A stretch of 34,805 bases of DNA from Candidatus Adlerbacteria bacterium (GTDB lineage Bacteria > Patescibacteriota > Minisyncoccia > Phycocordibacterales > SBAW01). The translations under genes were made by a program, and so were the position numbers. Numbering within the stretch: the first letter of the stretch is position 1; the number at the start of each line of letters is the position of its first letter. Location of the stretch: contig JAYTFN010000089.1 of the NCBI GenBank assembly GCA_043734325.1, positions 1 to 34,805 of the forward strand. The letters are read 5' to 3'. Of this stretch, positions 19,211 through 28,504 are shown in pieces. The notes beneath the pieces were generated by a model. The model worked only from the letters and a program-made list of their open reading frames with translations. It made no database searches and was not told the DNA's origin.

Positions 19211-19246
19211 TTTTTTATATTTTTTTATATAAAAAAATATAAAAAA
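19211..19246. repeat. Perfect 36-bp A/T-only palindrome in the divergent pth/lepB promoter region
   Basis: T6-ATAT-T6-ATAT-A6-ATAT-A6 is its own reverse complement. Confidence 0.85.
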
Positions 19247-19282
19247 CTTGCAGAGTTGAAAAAGCAAGCATACAATACTTGC

Positions 19283-19840
19283 ATGCCACATGAGCGCAGT
19301 GAGAATTTTTTCATTGAGCTGGTCAAATTTGCTCTTCTTGCATTATGCATTGTCATCCCTGTTCGACTTTTTGTCGCACAACCTTTTATAGTATCCGGTG
19401 AGTCCATGGTTCCTACATTTCAAAATGGTCAATACCTTATCGTCGATGAATTGACCTATCACTTTAAGTCGCCTGAGCGCGGTGAGGTAATTGTTTTTCG
19501 ATATCCAAAAGACCCGTCACAATTTTTCATTAAACGAATCATAGGCTTACCTGGTGACGTGGTTCACATTACCGACGAGGGCGTATCTATCACCCGAACA
19601 GACGGCACCACCTCAAGCCTGGACGAGTCCTACGTTGTAAATCATGGCAACGGCGGCACACACGACTACACCGTCCCCGCACAAGAATACTTTGCAATGG
19701 GAGACAACCGACCAGAGAGTTCTGACTCTCGGTCATGGGGATATCTTCCACGCAAAAATATAGTTGGTCGCACCTTCCTTCGGGTGTTGCCTTTCCAAAC
19801 TTTAAGTCTTTTCCCCGGGAGCGCATCAGAACCGCAATAA
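19283..19840 (+). CDS. lepB: Signal peptidase I
   Basis: VSGESMVPT (Ser), FIKRIIGLPGD (Lys), MGDNRPESSDSR; promoter TTGCAG-17-TACAAT just upstream of ATG 19283. Confidence 0.95.
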   Translation: MPHERSENFFIELVKFALLALCIVIPVRLFVAQPFIVSGESMVPTFQNGQYLIVDELTYHFKSPERGEVIVFRYPKDPSQFFIKRIIGLPGDVVHITDEGVSITRTDGTTSSLDESYVVNHGNGGTHDYTVPAQEYFAMGDNRPESSDSRSWGYLPRKNIVGRTFLRVLPFQTLSLFPGSASEPQ

Positions 19841-19857
19841 TAGTAACCATACATAAT

Positions 19858-21006
19858 ATGAGTGCAACACAGAGTCTTTCACCTGCAGCGTTCGTTAGAC
19901 ACGCATCCGACGTTTCTTCTTCATACGGGTTTCGTCCCATCCATCAAGTTGAAAAAGGCTTGCCTGGCAAAAGGCCCCGCATACAACACAGCTTTCAAAC
20001 AAGCATAGAATCGTGTGCGCAGCGTTTTGGCTTCCAACCAGGAGATGAACCGGTACTTTCATATTACGCAAGTGTTACGCCACTTTATACGCCACAAGGA
20101 ATTTCTTCGCGCGATGTAGGAGAATTCGGACTCCACGTAGTCGGTTCGCCACAAAGTTTAGGCGAAATTATTTTGCTTAAGACTCTCTATTCTATTGTAA
20201 ACGAGTGGGGCACTTCAGTGGTGAAGGTCCGTGTCAATGCGCTGGGCGATCATGACTCTAAAGTACGTTTTGAACGCGAGTTGATTGCGTACTTACGAAA
20301 AAACGCAACTTCTTTGTGCGTCGAGTGTCGCGCAGTTACCGGAGAAAATCCTCTTTCAACATTTATATGCACCCATGTGCCGTGCCGCGAAATTTTAGCC
20401 GAAGGTCCGCACTCTATAAACTTTTTATCTGAGAAAAGTCGCACACATTTCCGCGAAGTTTTGGAATATATTGAAAGCTTAGGACTCCCGTATGAGGTCG
20501 ACGACCTACTTGTAGGCGACCCTCGCGAACCGCGTGTTACCTTCGCACTTGACCTGAGTGAGCAGGATACGACCATAGTAAGCGGTATAGGCGGACGCTT
20601 TGACGAACACATCAAGAAAATAGGAAGCAAAAAAGATGGAGCGGGAGTTTCCGCAAGCATATACTTCCGTAAAAAAGGGTTGTTAAAGTCCTCATTCGTT
20701 ATACCGCCTACTTCACAAATACCAAAAATTTATTTTGTTCAACTCGGCCTTCGTGCAAAACTCCAAAGTCTTTCGGTTGTAGATATGTTACGCGAGGCTC
20801 AGGTGCCCATTTCGCAGTCCTTTGACGCAAAAAGCTTCGGGCCACAACTGGAATGCGCACGCGAACAAGGAGTCTCCCACCTGCTTATCATGGGTCAGCG
20901 CGAAGCAATCGACGGCACTATAATAGTACGCTCCATGACCAATAGCTCACAAACTATAGTCCAACTAGCCGCCCTTCCCCGCTTCCTCAAGACCCTAAAG
21001 GTCTAA
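19858..21006 (+). CDS. Degenerate histidyl-tRNA synthetase paralog (retains anticodon-binding domain)
   Basis: VRVNALGD, LCVEC..NPL, HFREVLEYIESLGLPYEVDDLLV, GGRFD, C-terminal anticodon-binding domain (LIMGQRE..GTIIVRSM); class II motif 2 not recognisable. Confidence 0.75.
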   Translation: MSATQSLSPAAFVRHASDVSSSYGFRPIHQVEKGLPGKRPRIQHSFQTSIESCAQRFGFQPGDEPVLSYYASVTPLYTPQGISSRDVGEFGLHVVGSPQSLGEIILLKTLYSIVNEWGTSVVKVRVNALGDHDSKVRFERELIAYLRKNATSLCVECRAVTGENPLSTFICTHVPCREILAEGPHSINFLSEKSRTHFREVLEYIESLGLPYEVDDLLVGDPREPRVTFALDLSEQDTTIVSGIGGRFDEHIKKIGSKKDGAGVSASIYFRKKGLLKSSFVIPPTSQIPKIYFVQLGLRAKLQSLSVVDMLREAQVPISQSFDAKSFGPQLECAREQGVSHLLIMGQREAIDGTIIVRSMTNSSQTIVQLAALPRFLKTLKV

Positions 21007-21106
21007 TTTTCAAACCCTAATCGGCTGAAACATGTCCCCTTATAGTTTGAAAGAGGGGTGACACAAAGCTTGCGAGAGGGAAAGATGGATGGTAGTATGG
21101 CTTTAC

Positions 21107-21361
21107 ATGGCAACAAATGCGGAAGTAACTAAAAACGAGAACGAGACACCGGTAAACCTTATTCGCCGTTTTTCTAAACGTGTTCAAGGAACCGGGCTTA
21201 TACAGCGTATGCGTACTCGTCGCTACTATGTTCGCTTTAAATCGGACAGTGTTCGTCGCAAACAAACTCTTAAGGTTATAAAGCGTCGCGAGGAAGTCCA
21301 AGAGCTTATCAAGCTCGGCAAAATGATGGAACGCACAACTCGCGGCCCACGACGACGCTAA
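21107..21361 (+). CDS. rpsU: 30S ribosomal protein S21
   Basis: VTKNENETPVNLIRRFSKRVQGTG..RRYY..KS; basic, 84 aa. Confidence 0.8.
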   Translation: MATNAEVTKNENETPVNLIRRFSKRVQGTGLIQRMRTRRYYVRFKSDSVRRKQTLKVIKRREEVQELIKLGKMMERTTRGPRRR

Positions 21362-21366
21362 CACTA

Positions 21367-21783
21367 GTGTCACAAGACCGTACTCTTTCCATAAAAAACA
21401 ACACCCGCGGCGCTATGCCGCTTTTTCCGTTTATTGATATGAAGAATTTTATACTTGGTTCAAAGTATGACCTCTCAGTCGCACTTCTTCCAAGCGCTCA
21501 AATGCGTGAGGCGATGGTGTATAAAAAATCAAAAGAAAGCGACCCACAAGCCTTGGCAAGTAACGTACTCGCCTTCCCCCTTTCAAAAAGTTCAGGAGAA
21601 ATTTTGCTTTGCCCTGCAACGGCGCGCGTTCAAGCAAAAAACTTTAGTATGTCTCCGAACGTTTTTGTGGCATATCTCTTTATCCACGGACTACTCCACT
21701 TAAAAGGCTTGATACATGGTGCTACAATGGAACGTGAAGAACGCCGAATCATGATTCGGTTTGACCTTCGCGCTGATGAATAA
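21367..21783 (+). CDS. ybeY: rRNA maturation endoribonuclease YbeY
   Basis: NVLAFP, GEILLC, IHGLLHLKGLIH zinc motif. Confidence 0.9.
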   Translation: MSQDRTLSIKNNTRGAMPLFPFIDMKNFILGSKYDLSVALLPSAQMREAMVYKKSKESDPQALASNVLAFPLSKSSGEILLCPATARVQAKNFSMSPNVFVAYLFIHGLLHLKGLIHGATMEREERRIMIRFDLRADE

Positions 21784-22966
21784 AGTAGTAACCGGAATAG
21801 ATGTTGGATCGTACCATGTCAAAGTGGTCATAGCCGAGCTTGCTGATGACCCGAGGCAACCGCCACGCATTTTAGGCAGTGGATACGCCGAAAGCAGAGG
21901 ACTTAAGCAAGGCTATGTTATATCCGTGGAGGAAACTTCTCGGTCTATTGCTGCCGCAGTACTACAAGCGAGCAGAGCGGCACATGTACCGGTTAAACGT
22001 GCCTATGTGGCACTAGGCGGCGTGGGGCTTGACGAAGTATTCGCACGCGGAGAGGTAGTTGTAGAACGGGGCGACTCAGAAATTACTGAGCGTGACATAC
22101 CGCGCGCTATTGCCGCAAGTGAAAAAGCTCTGCCGCCATCCGCTACGCTTAATCGTAAGATAATACATACCATTCCACTTCGCTTTACGGTCGACGGTGT
22201 ACCGGTCATGGGTGGCAACCCAATGGGCATGAAAGGCATGCGACTGTCGGTAGAAACTCTTTTTATAACGTGCGTCGAGCGCCATGTGCGCGACTTAGTC
22301 GAAGCAGTCGAACGCGCCGGTGTTGAAGTAGAAGACTTAGTTGCCTCCCCTATTGCCGCTAGTTTTGTGGCTACGTCTAAGATGCAAAAACGAGTCGGCT
22401 GCGTGCTGGCAAATATCGGCGCTGAGACGCTTTCAATTATAATTTTTGAAGATACTAAGCCCATATCAATTAAAGTGTTTCCTGTTGGTGGTGCCGATAT
22501 TACAAACGACCTAGCTCTTGGTTTACGTATTTCGCCTGAAGATGCCGAACAGCTTAAACACGGTGCAGCGTTTAACAGTCCAGTCTCAAAAAAGAAAATA
22601 GACGACATAACCAATCGACGACTAGCCGAGATGTTTAAACTTATTGAAACGCACCTCAAGCGTATTGGCAAAAGCGAACTACTTCCCTCAGGAGCACTCC
22701 TCACCGGCGGCGGCTCGTCTGTGAGATCTGCCCCAGACATAGCAAAACTGATACTCAAGCTTCCCGCACGCATAGCAAGCCTTAGCGAAAGTAACGCAAC
22801 AAAGATGCAACTAAGCGACGGCATTTGGTCAGTAGCGTATGGTCTAACCCTCTGGGGCTTTACCTCGGGCGAAGGCATAACTGAACACTCCCACTCAGGC
22901 TCCCTACAAGACATTAAAGACTCCATCAAAAGTGCAGTAAAATACCTAAAAAAGTTTTTACCGTAA
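21776..22966 (+). CDS. ftsA: Cell division protein FtsA
   Basis: TGIDVGSYHVKV, SRGLKQG, NIGAETL, VGGADITNDL, AEQLK, LTGGGS. Confidence 0.92.
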   Translation: MNKVVTGIDVGSYHVKVVIAELADDPRQPPRILGSGYAESRGLKQGYVISVEETSRSIAAAVLQASRAAHVPVKRAYVALGGVGLDEVFARGEVVVERGDSEITERDIPRAIAASEKALPPSATLNRKIIHTIPLRFTVDGVPVMGGNPMGMKGMRLSVETLFITCVERHVRDLVEAVERAGVEVEDLVASPIAASFVATSKMQKRVGCVLANIGAETLSIIIFEDTKPISIKVFPVGGADITNDLALGLRISPEDAEQLKHGAAFNSPVSKKKIDDITNRRLAEMFKLIETHLKRIGKSELLPSGALLTGGGSSVRSAPDIAKLILKLPARIASLSESNATKMQLSDGIWSVAYGLTLWGFTSGEGITEHSHSGSLQDIKDSIKSAVKYLKKFLP

Positions 22967-24373
22967 TAATGATTTAAAAATGTGATTTTTTGTAACCTGT
23001 AGCATACCTTTTATTACAGTAGTTTTGTATTCTGTTCTAACAAAAACTTTTGTATAAATATCAGGAAAAACCCTAACTGCCAAATACTTTTGCCTGAGTC
23101 CTTCATACCACTCTTTGTCATATATTTTCCAAAACTCCTCCAAAGGATAGTAGGCATGAGCATATAAAACCTTTCGGCCGCCTAACTCTTCGGTAATTTT
23201 TTCTATTTCTCGGTTAGAAGATTTAAACTGCGCATAGTCTCCAGATGACGTTCCCCATATTCCAACATTTAGAACCATATCTGTTTTAATATAATTCGGT
23301 GACAACCTTACGTTAGTATCGGGTCGCAAAGGACACAACCATAAAGGGTAGATTTGTATTTTTTGCTGAATATATCTAATAAACTGAAGCGCAGAACGAC
23401 CAGGAACACTGATATCTTGCACTATGTATTCCTGGGATATATTAGTTGCATGTAAAAAAGAGTACAGTCTCCGAGTACTCATTGCGGGGTTTAGAATATA
23501 CCTGCTCAGCCGATTGAAGGGTATATAAAAACGACTGAGGGAATGTTTTCCTACCCAAAACCCTCCTCTATCATACCGAAAGATATAGTCTTTTAACGGT
23601 ATCAATTCTTCATAAACTTCAAATTTTTTTGTTATTTTCTGGGCATGTATATAAAACCAGTCATCTTGAGCTCTTGAAAAAGATACGATGGGCATTTTTA
23701 CTTTATCGTTAAAGGTTCCAGTCATTACCGTACCTAGCTTGTCCGAAAAAATAATACCGTCCACAAAGTCATTTTCTAGAACTTTTGCTTGCTGCAGTGT
23801 CTCATCTATCGTGTCTTTTGCACCAATTGTTCGCTTATAGGTAAGTTTGACATACTCTTTTGCTGGTATGAGGGAAATTTTTATTGCTGTTAATATACCA
23901 AGCGAGCCATATGAACATGCCGTTCCATAAAAAAGATCTGGATGTAAGTTAGGAGATACTATTACGACCTCTCCGTTGCCTATAACCATTTCATATTCAA
24001 GACACGTCTCATGAAATAAACCATATTTAAAAGAGCTGCTTTCACCCGAACCTCCTTGTATACCCCCACCGACAGTAATTCCCGGAAACTCCATAACGAC
24101 AGGCGGAATCAAACCATGCTTCATAGTGGCGTCCACTAGCGCATCCATTGGCACATTTGGTTCAACAAGCGCATATTTTTCCTTAAAGTTGATAGTTATG
24201 ACTCGGTTCATTTTACTAACGTCAACCATTTTCGTGGGATCAAACACTTGCGCCCGAGTTGAATTGCTGCTCCCGTGAAAAATTCGTACGTGTATTCCTT
24301 TCTCATTAAAATCTTTAACTGAAATACTGATTTTTTGCACGGCCTCAATATGCTCTTTTTCTAGTTCATCCAT
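22958..24373 (-). CDS. FAD-binding oxidoreductase, Delta24-sterol reductase (DHCR24/DWF1)-like
   Basis: RIFHGSSNSTR, VEPNVPMDALV, PVVMEFPGITVGG..GESSSFKYGLF, DLFYGTACSYGSLG, DYIFRYDRGGFW, QDISVP, YPLWLCP, GRKVLYAHAYY..EFW. Start placed at ATG 24373. Confidence 0.8.
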   Translation of the reverse strand: MDELEKEHIEAVQKISISVKDFNEKGIHVRIFHGSSNSTRAQVFDPTKMVDVSKMNRVITINFKEKYALVEPNVPMDALVDATMKHGLIPPVVMEFPGITVGGGIQGGSGESSSFKYGLFHETCLEYEMVIGNGEVVIVSPNLHPDLFYGTACSYGSLGILTAIKISLIPAKEYVKLTYKRTIGAKDTIDETLQQAKVLENDFVDGIIFSDKLGTVMTGTFNDKVKMPIVSFSRAQDDWFYIHAQKITKKFEVYEELIPLKDYIFRYDRGGFWVGKHSLSRFYIPFNRLSRYILNPAMSTRRLYSFLHATNISQEYIVQDISVPGRSALQFIRYIQQKIQIYPLWLCPLRPDTNVRLSPNYIKTDMVLNVGIWGTSSGDYAQFKSSNREIEKITEELGGRKVLYAHAYYPLEEFWKIYDKEWYEGLRQKYLAVRVFPDIYTKVFVRTEYKTTVIKGMLQVTKNHIFKSLLR

Positions 24374-24428
24374 ATTAATACTGTAGCATTCTATAACAAT
24401 TACTTTTCCCTGGCACACCCCATCCATC

Positions 24429-24463
24429 TAAAAGCTAAAATTTAATTAAAATTTTAGCTTTTA
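24429..24463. repeat. 15-bp perfect inverted repeat
   Basis: TAAAAGCTAAAATTT-AATTA-AAATTTTAGCTTTTA. Confidence 0.75.
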
Positions 24464-24716
24464 CCATAAAGTATTAGCATCTTTATTTATCCCGAGCGAA
24501 ACCGTTGCCGAAGTGGCCGTATTTTGCTGCATACATGCGGCCGGTTGCTGGATGGATCTTTGAACCAGTGCTCCAACCATCACTCGTAATATTTGCGCAA
24601 AAATTTCGTGCTTTTTTATTCTTGCACACAATTATTTTCATCAAAAAATAAGTCCAAAACGATTCCAATAATTGTCAAAGTTTGCAAAGGGGCGGCGTGG
24701 TGTTAGAGTGTGGGTC

Positions 24717-25922
24717 ATGCCGCAAGTACAACCTGAAATAGAAGCGTTCGCACGTATCCGTGTTGTAGGTGTCGGAGGTTCCGGCAACAACGCCATCAAT
24801 CACATGATGGAAAACAAGATGCGAGGTGTCGATTTCGTCGCTATAAACACCGATGCCCAGGACCTCCACCAATCACTCGCTAAAAAGAAAATTCATATTG
24901 GCAAAAACCTCACTCGCGGCCTTGGTGCGGGTATGAACCCTGACCTCGGCAAGCGTGCCGCTGAGGAAACTAAAGAAGAAATTCAACAGTCTATGAAAGG
25001 CTCGGACATGGTATTCGTTGCCTGTGGTATGGGCGGCGGTACCGGTACTGGTGCCGCGCCTATAGTCGCTAAAACAGCCAAGGAGCTCGGTGCGCTCACT
25101 GTCGCTGTAGTTACCAAGCCTTTCTCTTTTGAAGGCCAGCAGCGTATGCGTCTTGCCGAGCAGGGTCTCGAAGACCTTCGAAAAGAAGTAGACGCGCTTA
25201 TAGTCATCCCGAACGACCGTATTTTGGCGAGTGTTGCAAAAGACACCACCCTCAAGCAGGCCTTTGCTATGTGCGATGATATTTTAAAACAAGCAGTAGA
25301 AGGAATTTCCGACCTTATCACCCACCCCGGCATCATCAACGTTGACTTCGCCGACATCCGAGCCGTTATGGAAAACGCCGGCTCTGCACTCATGGGTATC
25401 GGCATAGCCTCTGGCGAGAATCGCGCACAGGTTGCCGCAAAGATGGCAGTTTCGTCCCCCCTCCTTGAACTCTCTATCAATGGTGCCAAGGGCGTACTCT
25501 TTGCAATTGCCGGTGGAGACGACCTCGGTATGATTGAAGTGCACGAAGCCGCTAAAATTGTCACCGAGTCTGTTGATCCAAATGCCAAAATTATCTTTGG
25601 CGCCATCAAAGACGACAAACTAAAAAAGAATGACGTACGAGTCACCGTTATAGCAACAGGCTTCCCTACTGCAGGAAATTCTCAACAGCTTCGTGGTGCA
25701 CCTCTGTTTACCTTTGGACGTGACGCAAAGGAAGCAGACGTACCTCCTGTCGGTGCGATGGGCAAAATTTTTAACACTCCAACACCCTCTATGCCTATGG
25801 CTCCCGCACCTTCAAAGGAACCTGAGTTGCAGATTCCCACAATGGATGGAGAAACTAAAAAGGATGACGAAGATGAGTGGGGCGCAGTGCCCTCCTTCCT
25901 ACGCCGACCGAAAATTAAATAA
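24717..25922 (+). CDS. ftsZ: Cell division protein FtsZ
   Basis: VVGVGGSGNNA, NTDAQDL, GMGGGTGTGAAP, NVDFAD, C-terminal VPSFLRR. Confidence 0.97.
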   Translation: MPQVQPEIEAFARIRVVGVGGSGNNAINHMMENKMRGVDFVAINTDAQDLHQSLAKKKIHIGKNLTRGLGAGMNPDLGKRAAEETKEEIQQSMKGSDMVFVACGMGGGTGTGAAPIVAKTAKELGALTVAVVTKPFSFEGQQRMRLAEQGLEDLRKEVDALIVIPNDRILASVAKDTTLKQAFAMCDDILKQAVEGISDLITHPGIINVDFADIRAVMENAGSALMGIGIASGENRAQVAAKMAVSSPLLELSINGAKGVLFAIAGGDDLGMIEVHEAAKIVTESVDPNAKIIFGAIKDDKLKKNDVRVTVIATGFPTAGNSQQLRGAPLFTFGRDAKEADVPPVGAMGKIFNTPTPSMPMAPAPSKEPELQIPTMDGETKKDDEDEWGAVPSFLRRPKIK

Positions 25923-25928
25923 AAAAAT

Positions 25929-25960
25929 AAACCCCGAAGAGATTCACTCCTCGGGGTTTT
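25929..25960. terminator. Intrinsic terminator after ftsZ, probably bidirectional
   Basis: AAACCCCGA..TCGGGGTTTT hairpin between convergent genes. Confidence 0.7.
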
Positions 25961-26387
25961 ACTTTATAAGATGCCAGGCACCCTTGTACGGTCTAAGATC
26001 AAATGTGTTGGGGTTTTTAGAAGTGAGGCCAGGCGGATATATCCGCAATGTCTTCGTCGGATCATTTCCTAACCACTCCACCATTCGACTTGTAGGCACA
26101 ATGTAATATACGGGCTCAAGTTCAGGATCAATTGGAATTACAAATATTCTAAAGCGTACGGCCTGTAATATAGGTAGAGTATACAAAAACTCGCTGTATA
26201 CGAACCCTTTGCGATGCCAGCACACTTCTATGCGACAGCTCTGAGAATTTATTCCCAAACAGCAGTACGAAGCGCAAAGTACGCGCCCCTCATATACAGT
26301 AACGGCTCTTTGAAAGTTTAAGCCCCGCCTCCCTGCAATGTCCCTGACCCCACACAAGTACGGTTCATACTCTTCACGGATGGTCAT
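25959..26387 (-). CDS. Hypothetical protein (142 aa)
   Basis: AAAGGAG RBS before ATG 26387 (MTIREEYE..); no recognisable family. Confidence 0.55.
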   Translation of the reverse strand: MTIREEYEPYLCGVRDIAGRRGLNFQRAVTVYEGRVLCASYCCLGINSQSCRIEVCWHRKGFVYSEFLYTLPILQAVRFRIFVIPIDPELEPVYYIVPTSRMVEWLGNDPTKTLRIYPPGLTSKNPNTFDLRPYKGAWHLIK

Positions 26388-26479
26388 ATCGCACTCCTTT
26401 CCATGTAACGTTATACCATAGAGCGTATATACGACACTATATTTGCTCAAGAGACTCACAAACGGTAAGCTACTACCAT

Positions 26480-27451
26480 ATGTACGACTTAGCTATCATT
26501 GGTGGGGGTCCGGCAGGGGTTGCTGCGGGAGTGTATGCGGCACGAAAACGTCTTAACACTGTATTTATTGCCGATACCATTGGCGGCCAGAGTACTGACT
26601 CCATCGAGATAGAGAACTGGATCGGGACCGAAAAGATATCCGGCCTCGACCTGGCAAAGTCGCTCGAAAAGCATTTGCGCGCCTACGCTCACAACGGCGT
26701 TGATCTCAAAATCGGCGAGCGCGCGAATGGGGTAAAGATAATTGATGGTGGATTTGTAATTGAAACCTCAAAAGACTCCTACGAAGCCGCAACCGTGCTC
26801 GTAGCGACCGGCGGCTCACGTAAAAAACTTGGCATACCCGGTGCTTTAAATTTTGAAAACAAAGGTGTTACCTACTGCGCTTCGTGTGACGGGCCGCTCT
26901 TTTCGGGACAGGATGTTGTAGTCGTTGGTGGAGGCAACGCCGGGTTTGAAACGGCCGCGCAGCTGCTTGCGTACGCCAAATCCGTAACACTAATACACCG
27001 CAGTCCAAACTTTGATAAGGCAGACGCTGCGACAGTCGAAGTTGTACTATCCCACCCCAACATGCGTTCGTTTAAGAATACCCTTCCCGTTGAAGTCAAA
27101 GGCGCACAGTTCGTTAACACGATAGTTGTAAAAGATACGGTAACGGGCGATATTCGAGACATCCCAACCGCTGGCATTTTTGTCGAAATAGGTATGGTAC
27201 CGGCAACTGACTACGTTAAAGACCTCGTAGAGCGAGACGAGTGGGGTCGTATCGTTGTAGACGGCAAGAGCCAACGCACCACCAGGCAGGGCATATGGGC
27301 CGCAGGCGACTGCTCTAACGCGCTATATCACCAAAACAACATTGCCGCAGGCGACGCCATTAAAGCCCTCGAAGATATCTATTTTTATTTAAAAGCAGGC
27401 ACCAACGTTGCTATAAAAAAAGAATCCGCTCCTGCAATAACAATGCAGTAA
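26480..27451 (+). CDS. trxB: Thioredoxin reductase / AhpF C-terminal-like FAD disulfide oxidoreductase
   Basis: IIGGGPAG, GVTYCASCDG (CxxC), VVGGGNAG, GIWAAGD. Confidence 0.88.
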   Translation: MYDLAIIGGGPAGVAAGVYAARKRLNTVFIADTIGGQSTDSIEIENWIGTEKISGLDLAKSLEKHLRAYAHNGVDLKIGERANGVKIIDGGFVIETSKDSYEAATVLVATGGSRKKLGIPGALNFENKGVTYCASCDGPLFSGQDVVVVGGGNAGFETAAQLLAYAKSVTLIHRSPNFDKADAATVEVVLSHPNMRSFKNTLPVEVKGAQFVNTIVVKDTVTGDIRDIPTAGIFVEIGMVPATDYVKDLVERDEWGRIVVDGKSQRTTRQGIWAAGDCSNALYHQNNIAAGDAIKALEDIYFYLKAGTNVAIKKESAPAITMQ

Positions 27452-27474
27452 CGGACTAGAGCAAATGCATACCG

Positions 27475-27627
27475 TTACAAACTGTATTTAGTCAGTAAGT
27501 ATACAAATGCAAAAAAAACAGTGGAGAAAGCGGACCAACAAAAAATGCCGCCGAGCATGTGACTACCATCATACCAATCTTGGTCTTCTTCAGCAGGGCT
27601 GATTATATTAGTATTTTTGTAAGTCAT
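27475..27627 (-). CDS. Putative 50-aa membrane peptide
   Basis: Manual translation MTYKNTNIISPAEEDQDWYDGSHMLGGIFCWSAFSTVFFAFVYLLTKYSL*; GGAGG RBS; upstream TTGACA (27690-27685)-16-TACAGT. Confidence 0.55.
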   Translation of the reverse strand: MTYKNTNIISPAEEDQDWYDGSHMLGGIFCWSAFSTVFFAFVYLLTKYSL

Positions 27628-27747
27628 GGCACCCTCCCTTAACTAAGGCTTCATCCACCATAACTGTATATAATTTTTTTAAATTGTCAAAGCTATACAT
27701 ATCCAAGCCTCAATTCAGGTAAATTTACTATTTCAAGGTTATGACCG

Positions 27748-28134
27748 TTAACACGACGCAATACCTGGTATGAGGCCGGGTATAATTGAGTTTGCAGTAT
27801 TTACAAGAGTTATACCCAAAAGCCATGAGCCAAAAAATAAGAATACTCCAAGCAAAACGTGTACGAGCTTAGTGCGAGCATCAGCAAGCGCTCCGGCATT
27901 TCCCCTTGCATACACAAACAAAAATCCTACATACGCTATTGCGAGTGCAGCTACCGGCGTTCCAATTAAATAGATGCCGCCGATAAACCCTTTTAAAGCG
28001 CACACAAGCGGCTGGTTGTTTAAAGGATCTTCAAATGTAAACGTTTCCGTTTGTGCAAAAGCAATGACAGGCAGCAGAAAAGACACGAGAAGCGCAATTG
28101 AAACTTTTTTATTAAAATAAGCTCTCACCACCAA
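27748..28134 (-). CDS. Orphan TrbC/VirB2-like pilin, paralog of 9697-10119
   Basis: Signal peptide ending IAFA; FEDPL..PVAALAIAYVGFLFVYARGN..ADAR..LGVFLFFGSW. Confidence 0.7.
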   Translation of the reverse strand: MVVRAYFNKKVSIALLVSFLLPVIAFAQTETFTFEDPLNNQPLVCALKGFIGGIYLIGTPVAALAIAYVGFLFVYARGNAGALADARTKLVHVLLGVFLFFGSWLLGITLVNTANSIIPGLIPGIASC

Positions 28135-28157
28135 ATACTACCATTGTATGTGATCTA

Positions 28158-28504
28158 CGACTCAAATTTGCTGTCGCAAAATTTGGTCGCCGAACTCGCC
28201 TTCCGCATCGGAACGTCCGAAGGGACGTAGGCGGTTTTTGCCTTTGCTTATAGCAAAACAAAAACAACACTGCGGCCGTCACACGTAAACAAAAAAAGCG
28301 GAATTATCCGCTTTTTTGAATCGTGTGACCCTACCGGGAGTCTTTCCTTACAGGAACAGTAGGGGTTTCGTATCTCACTTCGTTTTGGAACAAAACTCGT
28401 TACGATATACTCAACCCTTTCGACTCCCGGCCGTAGGCAAAGTAGTTTGCCTACTTAGGGTCATGAATAGAAAAGGCGCCTTTCGGCGCTCATTTCTGTA
28501 CTCA
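28158..28504 (-). repeat. tRNA-Glu-associated structured trailer, two units
   Basis: 17-bp direct repeat TGACCCTACCGGGAGTC at 28326-28342 and 28505-28521; inverted copies TTCGACTCCCGG 28419-28430 and TAGGGTCATGA 28456-28466 separated by hairpin 28433-28454. Confidence 0.8.

Noticed and set aside
22003-22929. Long antisense ORFs opposite ftsA (and likewise opposite ftsZ and gyrA)
   Set aside because: Antisense shadows of conserved genes with no recognisable motifs.
24483-24668. 61-aa minus-strand ORF between the oxidoreductase and ftsZ
   Set aside because: No RBS or recognisable motif; cannot be supported.
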